A stretch of DNA of 63,964 nucleotides, the filler included, from an uncultured bacterium (GTDB taxonomy: Bacteria; Auribacterota; CAZIXI01): assembly GCA_964543115.1 (NCBI GenBank). It is 10 parts of 10 records of this genome, joined end to end, with 100 filler letters (N's around TTAATTAATTAA, not from the genome) between each part and the next. Parts side by side here need not be neighbours in the genome. Positions count along the whole stretch, not along the records: positions 1 to 6,413 come from CAZIXI010000198.1; positions 6,514 to 12,920 come from CAZIXI010000199.1; 8 more parts are not named here. The stretch is one strand, 5' to 3'. Below are positions 1 to 8,747 of the stretch, piece after piece. How positions within the stretch are numbered: the stretch's first letter is position 1; each line of letters starts with the position of its first letter. The notes beneath the pieces were generated by a model that saw nothing but the letters and a program-made list of their open reading frames with translations, did not search any database and was not told the DNA's origin. Both the position numbers and the translations under genes were made by a program.

Positions 1-26
1 GAATTCATTACATTACAAATACTTTT

Positions 27-90
27 GGATCCCGCGGTCAAGCCGCGGGATGACATTTGATCCTTTTTACTCTATTTTGCAGAACTCTTG
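27..90 (+). repeat. REP-like palindromic element, copy 1
   Basis: GGATCCCGCGG-TCAAG-CCGCGGGATGAC (9-bp perfect stem 29-37/43-51) plus tail TATTTTGCAGAACTCTT; related copies at 17168-17222 and 51515-51569. Confidence 0.85.
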
Positions 91-118
91 TTAATTGTTT
101 AACGAGGAGGATTAACAA

Positions 119-1153
119 ATGAAAATAGGAATGATTGCGCCACCCTGGTTAAGTATTCCGCCCAAAGGATATGGCGGTATAGAAAGAGTGATTTATGATT
201 TAACCGAAGGTCTGGCCCGGCGCCGGCACAAAGTGTTGTTATTTGCCCCGGGCGACTCCCAGACCAGCGGCACACTGGTGCCCATAGTAAAGAAACATCT
301 TGGTCAGAACCTGCCGCCGGAAGCGCTGTTTCCGATTTTCAGCTTAGCGGCGCAATATTCATTTGCCCGCGCGGCTTATGAAGGGGTGGATTTGGTTCAT
401 GGTCACACCCTGCAGGAAACGGAAATAAAGGTGCCGATAGTGGAGACCCTGCATGGTCCTGGAACCGCGGAAGTGAAAAAGAGATGTAAAAAGTTATCTG
501 ATAAGCGTGGGTATCATTTTGTTGCTATCAGTAAACGGCAGAAAGAACTCTATGGTAGGGGGGTGAAGATTGCCGGAGTAGTTTATAATGGTATTGATAC
601 AACCAAAATAAAATACAAAGAAAATAAATCAGGTTATCTTTACTTTATTGGCCGGGCAAATTGGGAGAAAGGCCTGGACCTGGCGGTACGGGTAGCGGTA
701 AAAGCCGGCCTGAATCTGGTAATGGCGATAAAGATGACCGAGGACCATGAAAAGAAGTTCTATAAAAAAGAGGTACAGCCCTGGCTTAATAAATATAAAA
801 AGAAAAACTCCTTTAAGTTTTATGGGGAGATAACGCCCAAGCAGAAGTACGATCTTTACCGCAACGCTACTGCTACTCTGTTTACCAGCCAATGGGAAGA
901 ACCCTTTGGCCTGGTAATGACAGAATCAATGGCCTGCGGCACCCCGGTATTGGCGCTGCGCAAAGGCGCGGCTCCGGAAGTAATTGTAAACGGCAAAACC
1001 GGCTTTGTGGTTGATACAGAGGCCGAGATGGTAAAAGCTGTTGGAGAAATAGGCAAACTTAAACCGCGTGATTGCCGCCGGCACGTAGAGAAGAATTTCT
1101 CCCTGGAAAAAATGGCCCGGGAATATGAGGCTATATATAGGAAGATAATTTAA
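119..1153 (+). CDS. Glycosyltransferase family 4 (GT-B)
   Basis: N-terminal MKIGMIAPPW..PPKGYGGIE, EPFGLVMTESMACGTPV (EX7E) motif; AGGAGG RBS. Confidence 0.92.
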   Translation: MKIGMIAPPWLSIPPKGYGGIERVIYDLTEGLARRRHKVLLFAPGDSQTSGTLVPIVKKHLGQNLPPEALFPIFSLAAQYSFARAAYEGVDLVHGHTLQETEIKVPIVETLHGPGTAEVKKRCKKLSDKRGYHFVAISKRQKELYGRGVKIAGVVYNGIDTTKIKYKENKSGYLYFIGRANWEKGLDLAVRVAVKAGLNLVMAIKMTEDHEKKFYKKEVQPWLNKYKKKNSFKFYGEITPKQKYDLYRNATATLFTSQWEEPFGLVMTESMACGTPVLALRKGAAPEVIVNGKTGFVVDTEAEMVKAVGEIGKLKPRDCRRHVEKNFSLEKMAREYEAIYRKII

Positions 1154-1207
1154 GGCCATCAGCTATTGGCTCTTTTAGATTTAAGAGAAAAGAGCAATAG
1201 TCTAGAG

Positions 1208-1253
1208 AAAAAAAGACCGAAATTTTCTTTAAGAAAATCTTGGTCTTTTTTTT
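1208..1253. terminator. Bidirectional intrinsic terminator between convergent GT4 and rpmB
   Basis: A7-GACC..ATTTTCT/AGAAAAT..GGTC-T run; hairpin with A/T tracts on both sides. Confidence 0.65.
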
Positions 1254-1271
1254 GATTAGCAGTAGTTGTAT

Positions 1272-1520
1272 TTAAGCTTTAGTCTTAACCTTGATTGGTT
1301 TAACCACTTTCCCGTGAGTGATGCACCTGGTGCAGACATTAATTGATCTCGTTTTACCGCCAACAAATGCCTTAACCTTCTGAAGATTTGGTTTAAACTT
1401 CCTTTTAGTGATGCCGGTTATTTTCTGGCCGACACCGCCTTTTTTCTTGGCTAATCCACGCCTGGTTATTTTGTTGCCGAAAATTGGTCCTTTACCGCAG
1501 TAATAGCAAATTCTGGGCAT
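1272..1520 (-). CDS. rpmB: 50S ribosomal protein L28 (CxxC-containing form)
   Basis: MPRICYYCGK..GN...TKRKFKPNLQ...CTRC; AAGGAGG RBS. Confidence 0.95.
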   Translation of the reverse strand: MPRICYYCGKGPIFGNKITRRGLAKKKGGVGQKITGITKRKFKPNLQKVKAFVGGKTRSINVCTRCITHGKVVKPIKVKTKA

Positions 1521-1594
1521 AGTTTCCTCCTTTGGATAATAACATAGTCTATAGTCTGAAATTGGGCTTTATATTAGCAAAAAATTAGGGTAAG

Positions 1595-3706
1595 ATGAAA
1601 GGAAAATTTATGCTGAGCCAAAAACTACAATCCCCAATACAATATGTCAAGCATGTGGGCCCCAAACGGGCCGGCCTGTTTAAACGGCTGGGAGTGGAGA
1701 CCGTAGAAGACCTGCTCTGGCTTTTGCCCCGCCGGTATGAAGACCGCAGCCGCATTAATCCTATCAGCAGCTTAGAGTTAGGTGATAGCGTTACCGTAAC
1801 CGGTGAAGTTCTAACCGCCGGAGAATTGAGAACGCGATCCCGAATGAAAATATTTCAAGCGGCTATTAGTGACGGCAGCGGCATTATTTACGCCCTCTGG
1901 TTCAATCAACCGTATTTGCGTGATTATTTTAAAAAAGGTACCCGGGTAATTCTTTACGGCAAGGTAACCACCTTCCGTGGGCGCAAGCTGCAGATGAACG
2001 CCCCGGAATATGAGATATTGCAGGAGGAAGAGGTAAACAGTATCCACATGGGCGGGATAGTGCCGATTTACCCGGCCACAGAAGGACTCAACCAGAAATT
2101 CCTGCGTTCGCTCGTCAGGAACATACTAGGCGCGTATATAAATGAAGTACAGGAACTGATTCCCGGTCCGATACGGCAGCGGCTGGATCTCTTGCCCGTG
2201 AGGAAAGCCTTATGGAGCATCCATTTTCCGGAAAATGATGCCTTAGGCGAGCGGGCCAGGCAGCGGCTGGCCTTTGAAGAGTTTTTTATCATGCAATTGG
2301 GTATTGCCCTGCGTAAACATCAGGTGGAAAATTTAGTCAGCGGGATTAGCCATTGCCCGGCGCCTGAGCTGGTGGACCGGTTCAAAAAACTCCTGCCGTT
2401 TGAGCTTACCGGCGCCCAAGAGCGGTCACTGGCCGAGATAGTGGGGGATATGCAGCGGGAACAACCGCTCAACCGTTTATTACAGGGCGATGTAGGCAGC
2501 GGCAAGACCGTAGTAGCTGTTTATGTCCTGGTTTACGCTGTGGGCGGCGGCTACCAGGGCGCGCTGATGGTACCGACAGAGATCCTGGCGCGGCAGCATT
2601 ACTATACGCTAAAAGAAATGCTTGATCCTTTAGGGATCAGAGTCTGCCTGATGATAAGTGATTTACCGCCCGCAGAACGCCAGGCGGTAAAAGAACAGAT
2701 AGCCGCCGGTACTGTAGATATAGTTATTGGTACACACGCTCTGATCCAGGAGAAGATAGAATATAAAAATCTCGGTTTAGTAGTGATAGATGAACAACAT
2801 AAATTCGGTGTAGCCCAACGCGCGGTATTACGCGCCAAGGCCCGGATGAGTACAACCGGACTTCATCCCGACGTACTGGTAATGACCGCCACACCGATCC
2901 CGCGCTCCTTGGCGCTGACGGTTTATGGTGATATAGATTTAAGTATAATTGATGAACTGCCTCCGGGCCGGGGAAAAATAGTTACCTATTGGATAACGGA
3001 AAACAAATTACCCAAGGCCTATGATTTTATCCGGAAAGAAGTCGCCAAAGGCCGGCAGGCCTTTATTGTTTATCCGTTAATTAAGGAATCGGAAAAAGTA
3101 AAACTGCGGGCCGCCGAAGACATGGTAAAGAAACTGCAGGCGGAAGAATTTCCCAAGTTAAGGGTGGATCTGCTGCACGGCCGTTTACCGGCAGAAGACA
3201 AAGTGCGGATAATGGAAGATTTTCGTAAAGGGCAATTGCATGTACTGGTAGCTACGACAGTGATCGAGGTGGGGATAGATATACCTAATGCCTCAGTAAT
3301 GTTAGTTGAGCACGCGGAACGGTTCGGCCTGTCGCAGCTGCACCAGTTACGGGGGCGAATTGGGAGGGGCAGCAACTTCAGTTACTGTATTTTGCAGGGC
3401 AATCCCGGAACAACCGCCGGCCAGAGAAGGCTGAAGGCAATGGAAACCACTTCTGACGGATTTAAAATCTCCCAGGAAGACCTGGCTATTCGCGGTCCGG
3501 GCGAATTTTTTGGCACCCGCCAATCCGGGCTGCCGGAAATGCGGGCAGGCAATATCATTAGTGATTTAAATCTTTTGGAACAAGCCCGTCGGGAAGCGCA
3601 GACCTTGGTGAGTAGAGATCCTTCCCTCAAGCTTCCGGAACACCGTGATTTAATGGCGAAAGTAAAACGGATCTTCGGTAGAAAGCTGGAATTACTCTCA
3701 GTGTAA
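1595..3706 (+). CDS. recG: ATP-dependent DNA helicase RecG
   Basis: Wedge/OB domain, LLQGDVGSGKT, DEQHKFG, MTATPIPR, QLHQLRGRIGRG, DLAIRGPGE motifs; start may be ATG 1610. Confidence 0.97.
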   Translation: MKGKFMLSQKLQSPIQYVKHVGPKRAGLFKRLGVETVEDLLWLLPRRYEDRSRINPISSLELGDSVTVTGEVLTAGELRTRSRMKIFQAAISDGSGIIYALWFNQPYLRDYFKKGTRVILYGKVTTFRGRKLQMNAPEYEILQEEEVNSIHMGGIVPIYPATEGLNQKFLRSLVRNILGAYINEVQELIPGPIRQRLDLLPVRKALWSIHFPENDALGERARQRLAFEEFFIMQLGIALRKHQVENLVSGISHCPAPELVDRFKKLLPFELTGAQERSLAEIVGDMQREQPLNRLLQGDVGSGKTVVAVYVLVYAVGGGYQGALMVPTEILARQHYYTLKEMLDPLGIRVCLMISDLPPAERQAVKEQIAAGTVDIVIGTHALIQEKIEYKNLGLVVIDEQHKFGVAQRAVLRAKARMSTTGLHPDVLVMTATPIPRSLALTVYGDIDLSIIDELPPGRGKIVTYWITENKLPKAYDFIRKEVAKGRQAFIVYPLIKESEKVKLRAAEDMVKKLQAEEFPKLRVDLLHGRLPAEDKVRIMEDFRKGQLHVLVATTVIEVGIDIPNASVMLVEHAERFGLSQLHQLRGRIGRGSNFSYCILQGNPGTTAGQRRLKAMETTSDGFKISQEDLAIRGPGEFFGTRQSGLPEMRAGNIISDLNLLEQARREAQTLVSRDPSLKLPEHRDLMAKVKRIFGRKLELLSV

Positions 3707-3708
3707 TT

Positions 3709-4251
3709 ATGCGAATAATAGCGGGAACGGCTAAAGGCAGGAAGTTAAAGACCATCCAAGGGCAGGAGACACGGCCAACCGCTGATCGTGTAAAGGAAGC
3801 GATTTTTAACCTGCTTGGGGCAAGCGTTATAGATGCGCGGGTGCTGGACCTTTATAGTGGCAGCGGTGCCCTGGGCATTGAGGCCCTGAGCCGGGGAGCG
3901 AAAGACTGTGTTTTTATAGACAATAATACAGACTGTATAAAGGTGGTTAAGGACAATTTAGAAAACGCCGGATTTACAGGCCAGGTTCTTAAGCAGGAAG
4001 CCGATAAGGCATTGCAGGATCTGGCCGCAAAAGGCGTAAAATTTAGTCTTGTTTTTGCCGATCCGCCCTATAATCTGGATCTAGCCAAAAATCTATTGTC
4101 ACAAATAGCCAGTCATGATATATTATGCGCTTCTGCCCTGATACTCATTGAACATTCTAACAGGGAAGAAGTTGAAGAAAATCAACTCTTTACAAAGTTA
4201 GTGGCAAAGCGTTATGGGGATACCCTGGTATCCCTTTATCGAAGAAGGTAA
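3709..4251 (+). CDS. rsmD: 16S rRNA (guanine966-N2)-methyltransferase
   Basis: MRIIAGTAKGR..TRPTADRVKEAIFN, LDLYSGSGALGIEALSRGA, DPPY; recG-rsmD-coaD order. Confidence 0.95.
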   Translation: MRIIAGTAKGRKLKTIQGQETRPTADRVKEAIFNLLGASVIDARVLDLYSGSGALGIEALSRGAKDCVFIDNNTDCIKVVKDNLENAGFTGQVLKQEADKALQDLAAKGVKFSLVFADPPYNLDLAKNLLSQIASHDILCASALILIEHSNREEVEENQLFTKLVAKRYGDTLVSLYRRR

Positions 4252-4253
4252 TA

Positions 4254-4730
4254 ATGGCTGGGGTAACTGCGATTTATCCGGGTACATTTGATCCGCCTAC
4301 TTATGGTCATTTAGATGTGATCAAACGGGCGGCCCGGATATTCTCTAAGGTAATCGTCGCCGTAGCGGAGAACACCAGTAAAGATGTCTGGTTCAGCGGT
4401 GAGGAAAGGACAGCCATGCTGCGGCAGTTAACGGCCAGGATAAGTAACATAGAAGTGGACAGTTTTAATGAACTGCTGGTCGACTATGTTAAACGAAAAC
4501 GGGCGAAAGTAGTTATTCGCGGGTTAAGGGCGCTCAGTGATTTTGAGTATGAGTTCCAGATGGCCCTGACCAACAGGGGAATCGCCCCGGACATTGAGAC
4601 GGTATTTTTAATGCCGCATGAAAGTTATTCATATCTCAGTTCAAGTTTGATTAAAGAAATTTCCGGTTTAGGCGGATCGGTAAAAAAGTTTGTTCCGCCG
4701 GTAGTAGAAAAATATTTGAAAAAGATATGA
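4254..4730 (+). CDS. coaD: Phosphopantetheine adenylyltransferase
   Basis: YPGTFDPPTYGHLD, IRGLRALSDFEYEFQMA, SSSLIKE. Confidence 0.97.
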   Translation: MAGVTAIYPGTFDPPTYGHLDVIKRAARIFSKVIVAVAENTSKDVWFSGEERTAMLRQLTARISNIEVDSFNELLVDYVKRKRAKVVIRGLRALSDFEYEFQMALTNRGIAPDIETVFLMPHESYSYLSSSLIKEISGLGGSVKKFVPPVVEKYLKKI

Positions 4731-5197
4731 AGATAAGAAAAGAAACCATTCCGCCGGAAGGGCTGGATATAGAGGAACAGGAACCGGCGCGGATTATGGC
4801 CGTTAAGGGCCATGATATTAGATTTACCCGGCCGGTAGATGTAGCTATAAATGTGAATCTGGCCAGCGGAAATTTATTGGTGAAAGGAAGCGTTAAGACA
4901 GAAGCTGAGCTCGTCTGCAGTCGCTGTTTGAAAAAGGTTAGGCAGGAATTATCAAACAATAATTTCAATATCATAACCGAACTGGGCGCAAAGACGGAAA
5001 TAGATATAACCCCGGAGATCAGGGAGGGGATACTTATACAGGTACCCATGAAACCGTTATGTGGTTTTGACTGTCGGGGGCTCTGCCCGAATTGCGGCCA
5101 GGACCTGAACGAGAAAGAATGCGGCTGCGACCGCAGTAAACACGATATTCAGTGGAAAGAGCTAGACAAGTTATCGAGTGCCAAGAAAGTGCAATAG
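4727..5197 (+). CDS. DUF177/YceD family metal-binding protein
   Basis: CSRCL and PLC..DCRGLCPNCGQDLNEKECGC motifs; lies upstream of rpmF. Confidence 0.9.
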   Translation: MKIRKETIPPEGLDIEEQEPARIMAVKGHDIRFTRPVDVAINVNLASGNLLVKGSVKTEAELVCSRCLKKVRQELSNNNFNIITELGAKTEIDITPEIREGILIQVPMKPLCGFDCRGLCPNCGQDLNEKECGCDRSKHDIQWKELDKLSSAKKVQ

Positions 5198-5204
5198 TTT
5201 TTTA

Positions 5205-5263
5205 GCCACTGATTTCACTAATTAAATATATAATTAATAAAAATAATCCGTGTAATCCGTGGT
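5205..5263. repeat. Dyad-of-dyads palindrome (CACGGAT-type, 9-bp period)
   Basis: CCACTGATTTCACTAATT ... AATCCGTGTAATCCGTGG in the DUF177-rpmF spacer. Confidence 0.55.
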
Positions 5264-5307
5264 CAAAAAGGTAATATTAATTATTTTTTTAAATAAGGAG
5301 AAAAATT

Positions 5308-5496
5308 ATGCCAGTACCAAAGAGGAGACAATCACACACACGAGCAAAAAAACGCCGGACACACGATACTCTCAAGCCGCCGGCAATGGTGCCCTGTCCG
5401 CATTGTCATGAAATGATCAGACCGCACAGAGTATGTCCTTCCTGCGGGCATTACAAAGGGCGATCAGTAATTCCCATAGTGGAAAAAGCCGAATAA
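5308..5496 (+). CDS. rpmF: 50S ribosomal protein L32 (Zn-ribbon form)
   Basis: MPVPKRRQSHTR...CPHC...HRVCPSCGHYKG; AAGGAG RBS. Confidence 0.96.
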   Translation: MPVPKRRQSHTRAKKRRTHDTLKPPAMVPCPHCHEMIRPHRVCPSCGHYKGRSVIPIVEKAE

Positions 5497-5509
5497 CAGA
5501 AGGCGGTTT

Positions 5510-6413
5510 ATGAAAATCGCATTAGACGCCATGGGCGGGGATCATGCCCCGCAGGCGATAGTTGAAGGAGCCGTACAGGCGGCCAGGGAAGGACAGGCCG
5601 ACCGGGAGATTCTTCTTGTTGGTGACCAGTCGCGTATTCAGGCGGAGCTTAACCGGCTGCAGGCTGAACAGCTGCCGGGTATTACTGTTGTTCACTGCAC
5701 ACAGGTAGTGGGAATGGATGAACTGCCGGTCTTGGCCATCAGGCGGAAGAAAGATTCATCCATAATGAAAGCCGCCTCACTTGTAAAAGAGGGGAAGGCC
5801 GATGCCCTGATCACAGCCGGAAATACCGGCGCGGCAGTAGCGGCGACAAAGATCAAGTGGCGCGGACTGCCGGGAGTGGAACGGCCGGCAATAGCGGTTG
5901 TTATTCCATCACCATATGGTATGTTCGTATTGCTTGATGCCGGTGCGACAATAGATTGTAAACCGCGCAATTTAGCTCAGTTCGCTGCCATGGGCAGTGT
6001 ATATTCGGAATATTTTTTAGAGATAAATAAACCAAAAGTAGGGATCCTCAGCCTGGGCGCCGAAGAGATAAAAGGCACCGACCTGACCCGGGATGCCTAT
6101 AAGATATTGCAGAAAACAAAATTAAATTTTATCGGCAATGTAGAAGGCAGCGACCTTTTCAGTGATCGGGTAGACGTAATTGTTTGTGACGGATTTCTGG
6201 GTAACGTTGCCCTGAAAGTATGTGAAAGCCTGGCCGGCGCCTTCCAATATATAATAAAAGAAGAAGTAATGAAAGACACCCTGGCGAAATTCGGCGCCTT
6301 GCTGGTTAAGCGTACCCTTAAACGGATAGCAAAAAAGATTCATTATGCGGAATATGGCGGCGCGCCGCTTTTAGGGGTAAATGGTACCTGTATAATCAGT
6401 CACGGGCGTTCAT
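5510..6413 (+). CDS. plsX: Phosphate acyltransferase PlsX, 3'-truncated by contig end
   Basis: IALDAMGGDHAP, AGNTGA, RPAIA, LLDAGA, CDGFLGNVALK, YGGAPLLGVNG..SHGRS. Confidence 0.96.
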
Positions 6414-6513
6414 NNNNNNNNNNNNNNNNNNNNNNNNNNNNNNNNNNNNNNNNNNNNTTAATTAATTAANNNNNNNNNNNNNNNNNNNNNNNNNNNNNNN
6501 NNNNNNNNNNNNN
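6414..6513. other. Artificial contig linker; same at 12921-13020, 19416-19515, 25899-25998, 32338-32437, 38725-38824, 45080-45179, 51415-51514, 57700-57799
   Basis: N44-TTAATTAATTAA-N44, six-frame stop spacer. Confidence 0.99.
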
Positions 6514-6872
6514 TTGAAGAGCCGGTAAATATTGAGCGGGTTGTTGCCAGAATTTCTTCCCGCACGGAAGTAATTTTATTTGATTGTGTGACTGTCTGGC
6601 TCAGCAATCTTATCTTAGCCGGAAAAAAGGAACGGGAAATTAAAAAGAAACTAAAAACTTTTTTAAACAGATTACGAAAAAGAAATTTTCATACTATTCT
6701 GGTGAGTAACGAAGTGGGCGGCGGGATAGTGCCGGCCAACCGCCTCGCCCGTGATTATCGGGATTTGTTGGGCACAGTAAATCAGTTATTAGCTAAGGAA
6801 GCCGAATTTGTCTATCAGTTATGTTGCGGAATTCCTCTGCGAATAAAAGGAGAAGAGAATGGAAAAGATTAA
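6514..6872 (+). CDS. cobU: Adenosylcobinamide kinase/guanylyltransferase, 5'-truncated
   Basis: Frame open from contig start: EEP..ILFDCVTVWLSN..LVSNEVGGGIVP..RDYRDLLGTVNQ..CGIPLRIK. Confidence 0.92.
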
Positions 6873-7923
6873 GGAAATGATCTCTAAAATCCGCTTAATC
6901 GATACTGAATTGGAGCACAAAGCCCAGAAACATCTGGATAACCTGACCAAGCCTCAGGGTAGTTTAGGCAAACTGGAATGGTTAGCGAAAAAGATAGTGG
7001 CGATTAGCGGTAAACTGCCGCCCTCTCTTTCGCGCAAGGTGATCTTTACAATGGCCGGAGATCATGGAGTGGCAGAGGAAGGGGTAAGCGCCTACCCGCA
7101 GGAAGTAACCGTACAGATGGTGTATAACTTCCTTGCCGGAGGAGCGGCGATTAATGTTTTAGCCGAACAGGCGGGGGCGCGGGTAGAAGTGGCGGATCTG
7201 GGAGTCAAAGGAGAAATAGCTTCTACGGCTGGTAATTTCCATAACTACAAAGTAGCCGCGGGCACCCGGAATTTTGTTCAGGGGCCGGCGATGAGCAAGG
7301 AAGAGGCGGTAACCAGTATCGAGCGGGGAATAGAAATGTATGGCAGTAATAAGGAAAAGGGAATCGATATTCTTGGTGTAGGGGACATGGGTATTGGTAA
7401 TACAACCGCCAGCACTGCGATCGCTGCGGTATTTTTAACTGTTCCTGTTCGGGCAGTAGTGGGCCGCGGAACAGGTATTAACAATGAAGTATATGCTAAT
7501 AAGACAAAAATAATTGAAAAGGCGCTTGAGATCAATCAGCCGGTTAGAACCGATGCTTTAGATGTCTTAAGCAAAGTGGGTGGTTTTGAGATTGGCGGTA
7601 TTGCCGGTGCGATTATAGCCGCGGCAGCGGACCGGGTGCCGGTAGTAATTGATGGTTTTATTGCTACTGCCGGGGCCCTAGTGGCAGCAGAACTGGCGCC
7701 AGCAGTTAAACCATATTTGATTGCCAGTCATCAGTCACAGGAATCCGGCCATCTGCTTGTACTTGATTATCTAGGTCTTGAGCCGATTTTACATTTAGAC
7801 CTTCGTCTTGGTGAGGGTACGGGTGCCGCGCTGGCGATGAATATAATTGAAGCCAGCATAAGGATTTTTACCAAAATGGCCACCTTCACCTCCGCCGGCG
7901 TCAGCGAAAAGGAGAAGGTGTAG
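6859..7923 (+). CDS. cobT: Nicotinate-nucleotide-dimethylbenzimidazole phosphoribosyltransferase
   Basis: LTKPQGSLGKLE, AGDHGV, NFLAGGAAIN, GDMGIGNTT, LRLGEGTGA. Confidence 0.96.
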   Translation: MEKIKEMISKIRLIDTELEHKAQKHLDNLTKPQGSLGKLEWLAKKIVAISGKLPPSLSRKVIFTMAGDHGVAEEGVSAYPQEVTVQMVYNFLAGGAAINVLAEQAGARVEVADLGVKGEIASTAGNFHNYKVAAGTRNFVQGPAMSKEEAVTSIERGIEMYGSNKEKGIDILGVGDMGIGNTTASTAIAAVFLTVPVRAVVGRGTGINNEVYANKTKIIEKALEINQPVRTDALDVLSKVGGFEIGGIAGAIIAAAADRVPVVIDGFIATAGALVAAELAPAVKPYLIASHQSQESGHLLVLDYLGLEPILHLDLRLGEGTGAALAMNIIEASIRIFTKMATFTSAGVSEKEKV

Positions 7924-7970
7924 ACGTACTTAATGTGCGAGGCTAAGCCTCGCACATTTACGCCTGCTCA

Positions 7971-8735
7971 ATGGAGAGACAGATAGAAATGATGAAGGTG
8001 CTGAGGTTATTTTTGATTGCGGTGCAGGTGCTTACCTGTTTTCCGGTTAGGTTAAAGAAGAAGCCGGTTGCGGAAGAGTGCCGGAGGTCAATGATCTTTT
8101 TCCCTGTTATTGGGCTTATTCTGGGAGCTTTATTAGTCGGGGTAGAGTATCTGCTGGCTTTTATTTTACCGGGATCATTGGTGAAGTTAATCCTTGTTGG
8201 CTTACTGGTAATATTTACCGGGGGATTGCACCTGGATGGACTGGCGGATACTGTTGATGCCCTCTCGGCGAGAAAAGGCAAAGAAGAATCCCTGCGGATT
8301 ATGAAGGATTCCACTATCGGGCCAATGGGGGTAATCGCTATCTTGGGGTGTTTAGCGATAAAGTACGTTATTTTATTGGAATTTTTTGCTCCGCGTCTAT
8401 ACGCCATCCTGCTTTTTTTCCCGCTAGTTGGACGAATGGCGATGGTCACAGTGAGTCAATTTTTTCCTTATGCGCGCCAGAGCGGTACGGGAAAAGCGTT
8501 TATCGGAAAAGGAGGTGTTCAGGAAACAATTATTGCCGGAATAATTAGCGTGCTTATTAGTGGTCTTTTGTTGCGATTACGCGGTTTAAGCGTGCTGCTA
8601 GTAGCTGTACTAATTGCCTTAATTGTGGGGAGATATTGTGTCAAGAAATTTGGTGGTCTTACTGGCGATAATCTGGGTTTAATCAATGAGCTGGGTGAAA
8701 TAGTTGCCCTTGTCGGAGTAACTATTATTATTTGA
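7971..8735 (+). CDS. cobS: Adenosylcobinamide-GDP ribazoletransferase (cobalamin synthase)
   Basis: TGGLHLDGLADTVD, MKDSTIGPMG, FGGLTGDNLG; multi-TM. Confidence 0.95.
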   Translation: MERQIEMMKVLRLFLIAVQVLTCFPVRLKKKPVAEECRRSMIFFPVIGLILGALLVGVEYLLAFILPGSLVKLILVGLLVIFTGGLHLDGLADTVDALSARKGKEESLRIMKDSTIGPMGVIAILGCLAIKYVILLEFFAPRLYAILLFFPLVGRMAMVTVSQFFPYARQSGTGKAFIGKGGVQETIIAGIISVLISGLLLRLRGLSVLLVAVLIALIVGRYCVKKFGGLTGDNLGLINELGEIVALVGVTIII

Positions 8736-8747
8736 AAGGAGAGATAG

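Noticed and set aside
1272..6413. rpmB / recG-rsmD-coaD-DUF177-rpmF-plsX gene order
   Set aside because: A widely conserved housekeeping arrangement; not novel.
6458..6469. Recurrent TTAATTAATTAA palindrome and ORFs ending in LIN or N
   Set aside because: Artificial linker between N-runs, not biological.
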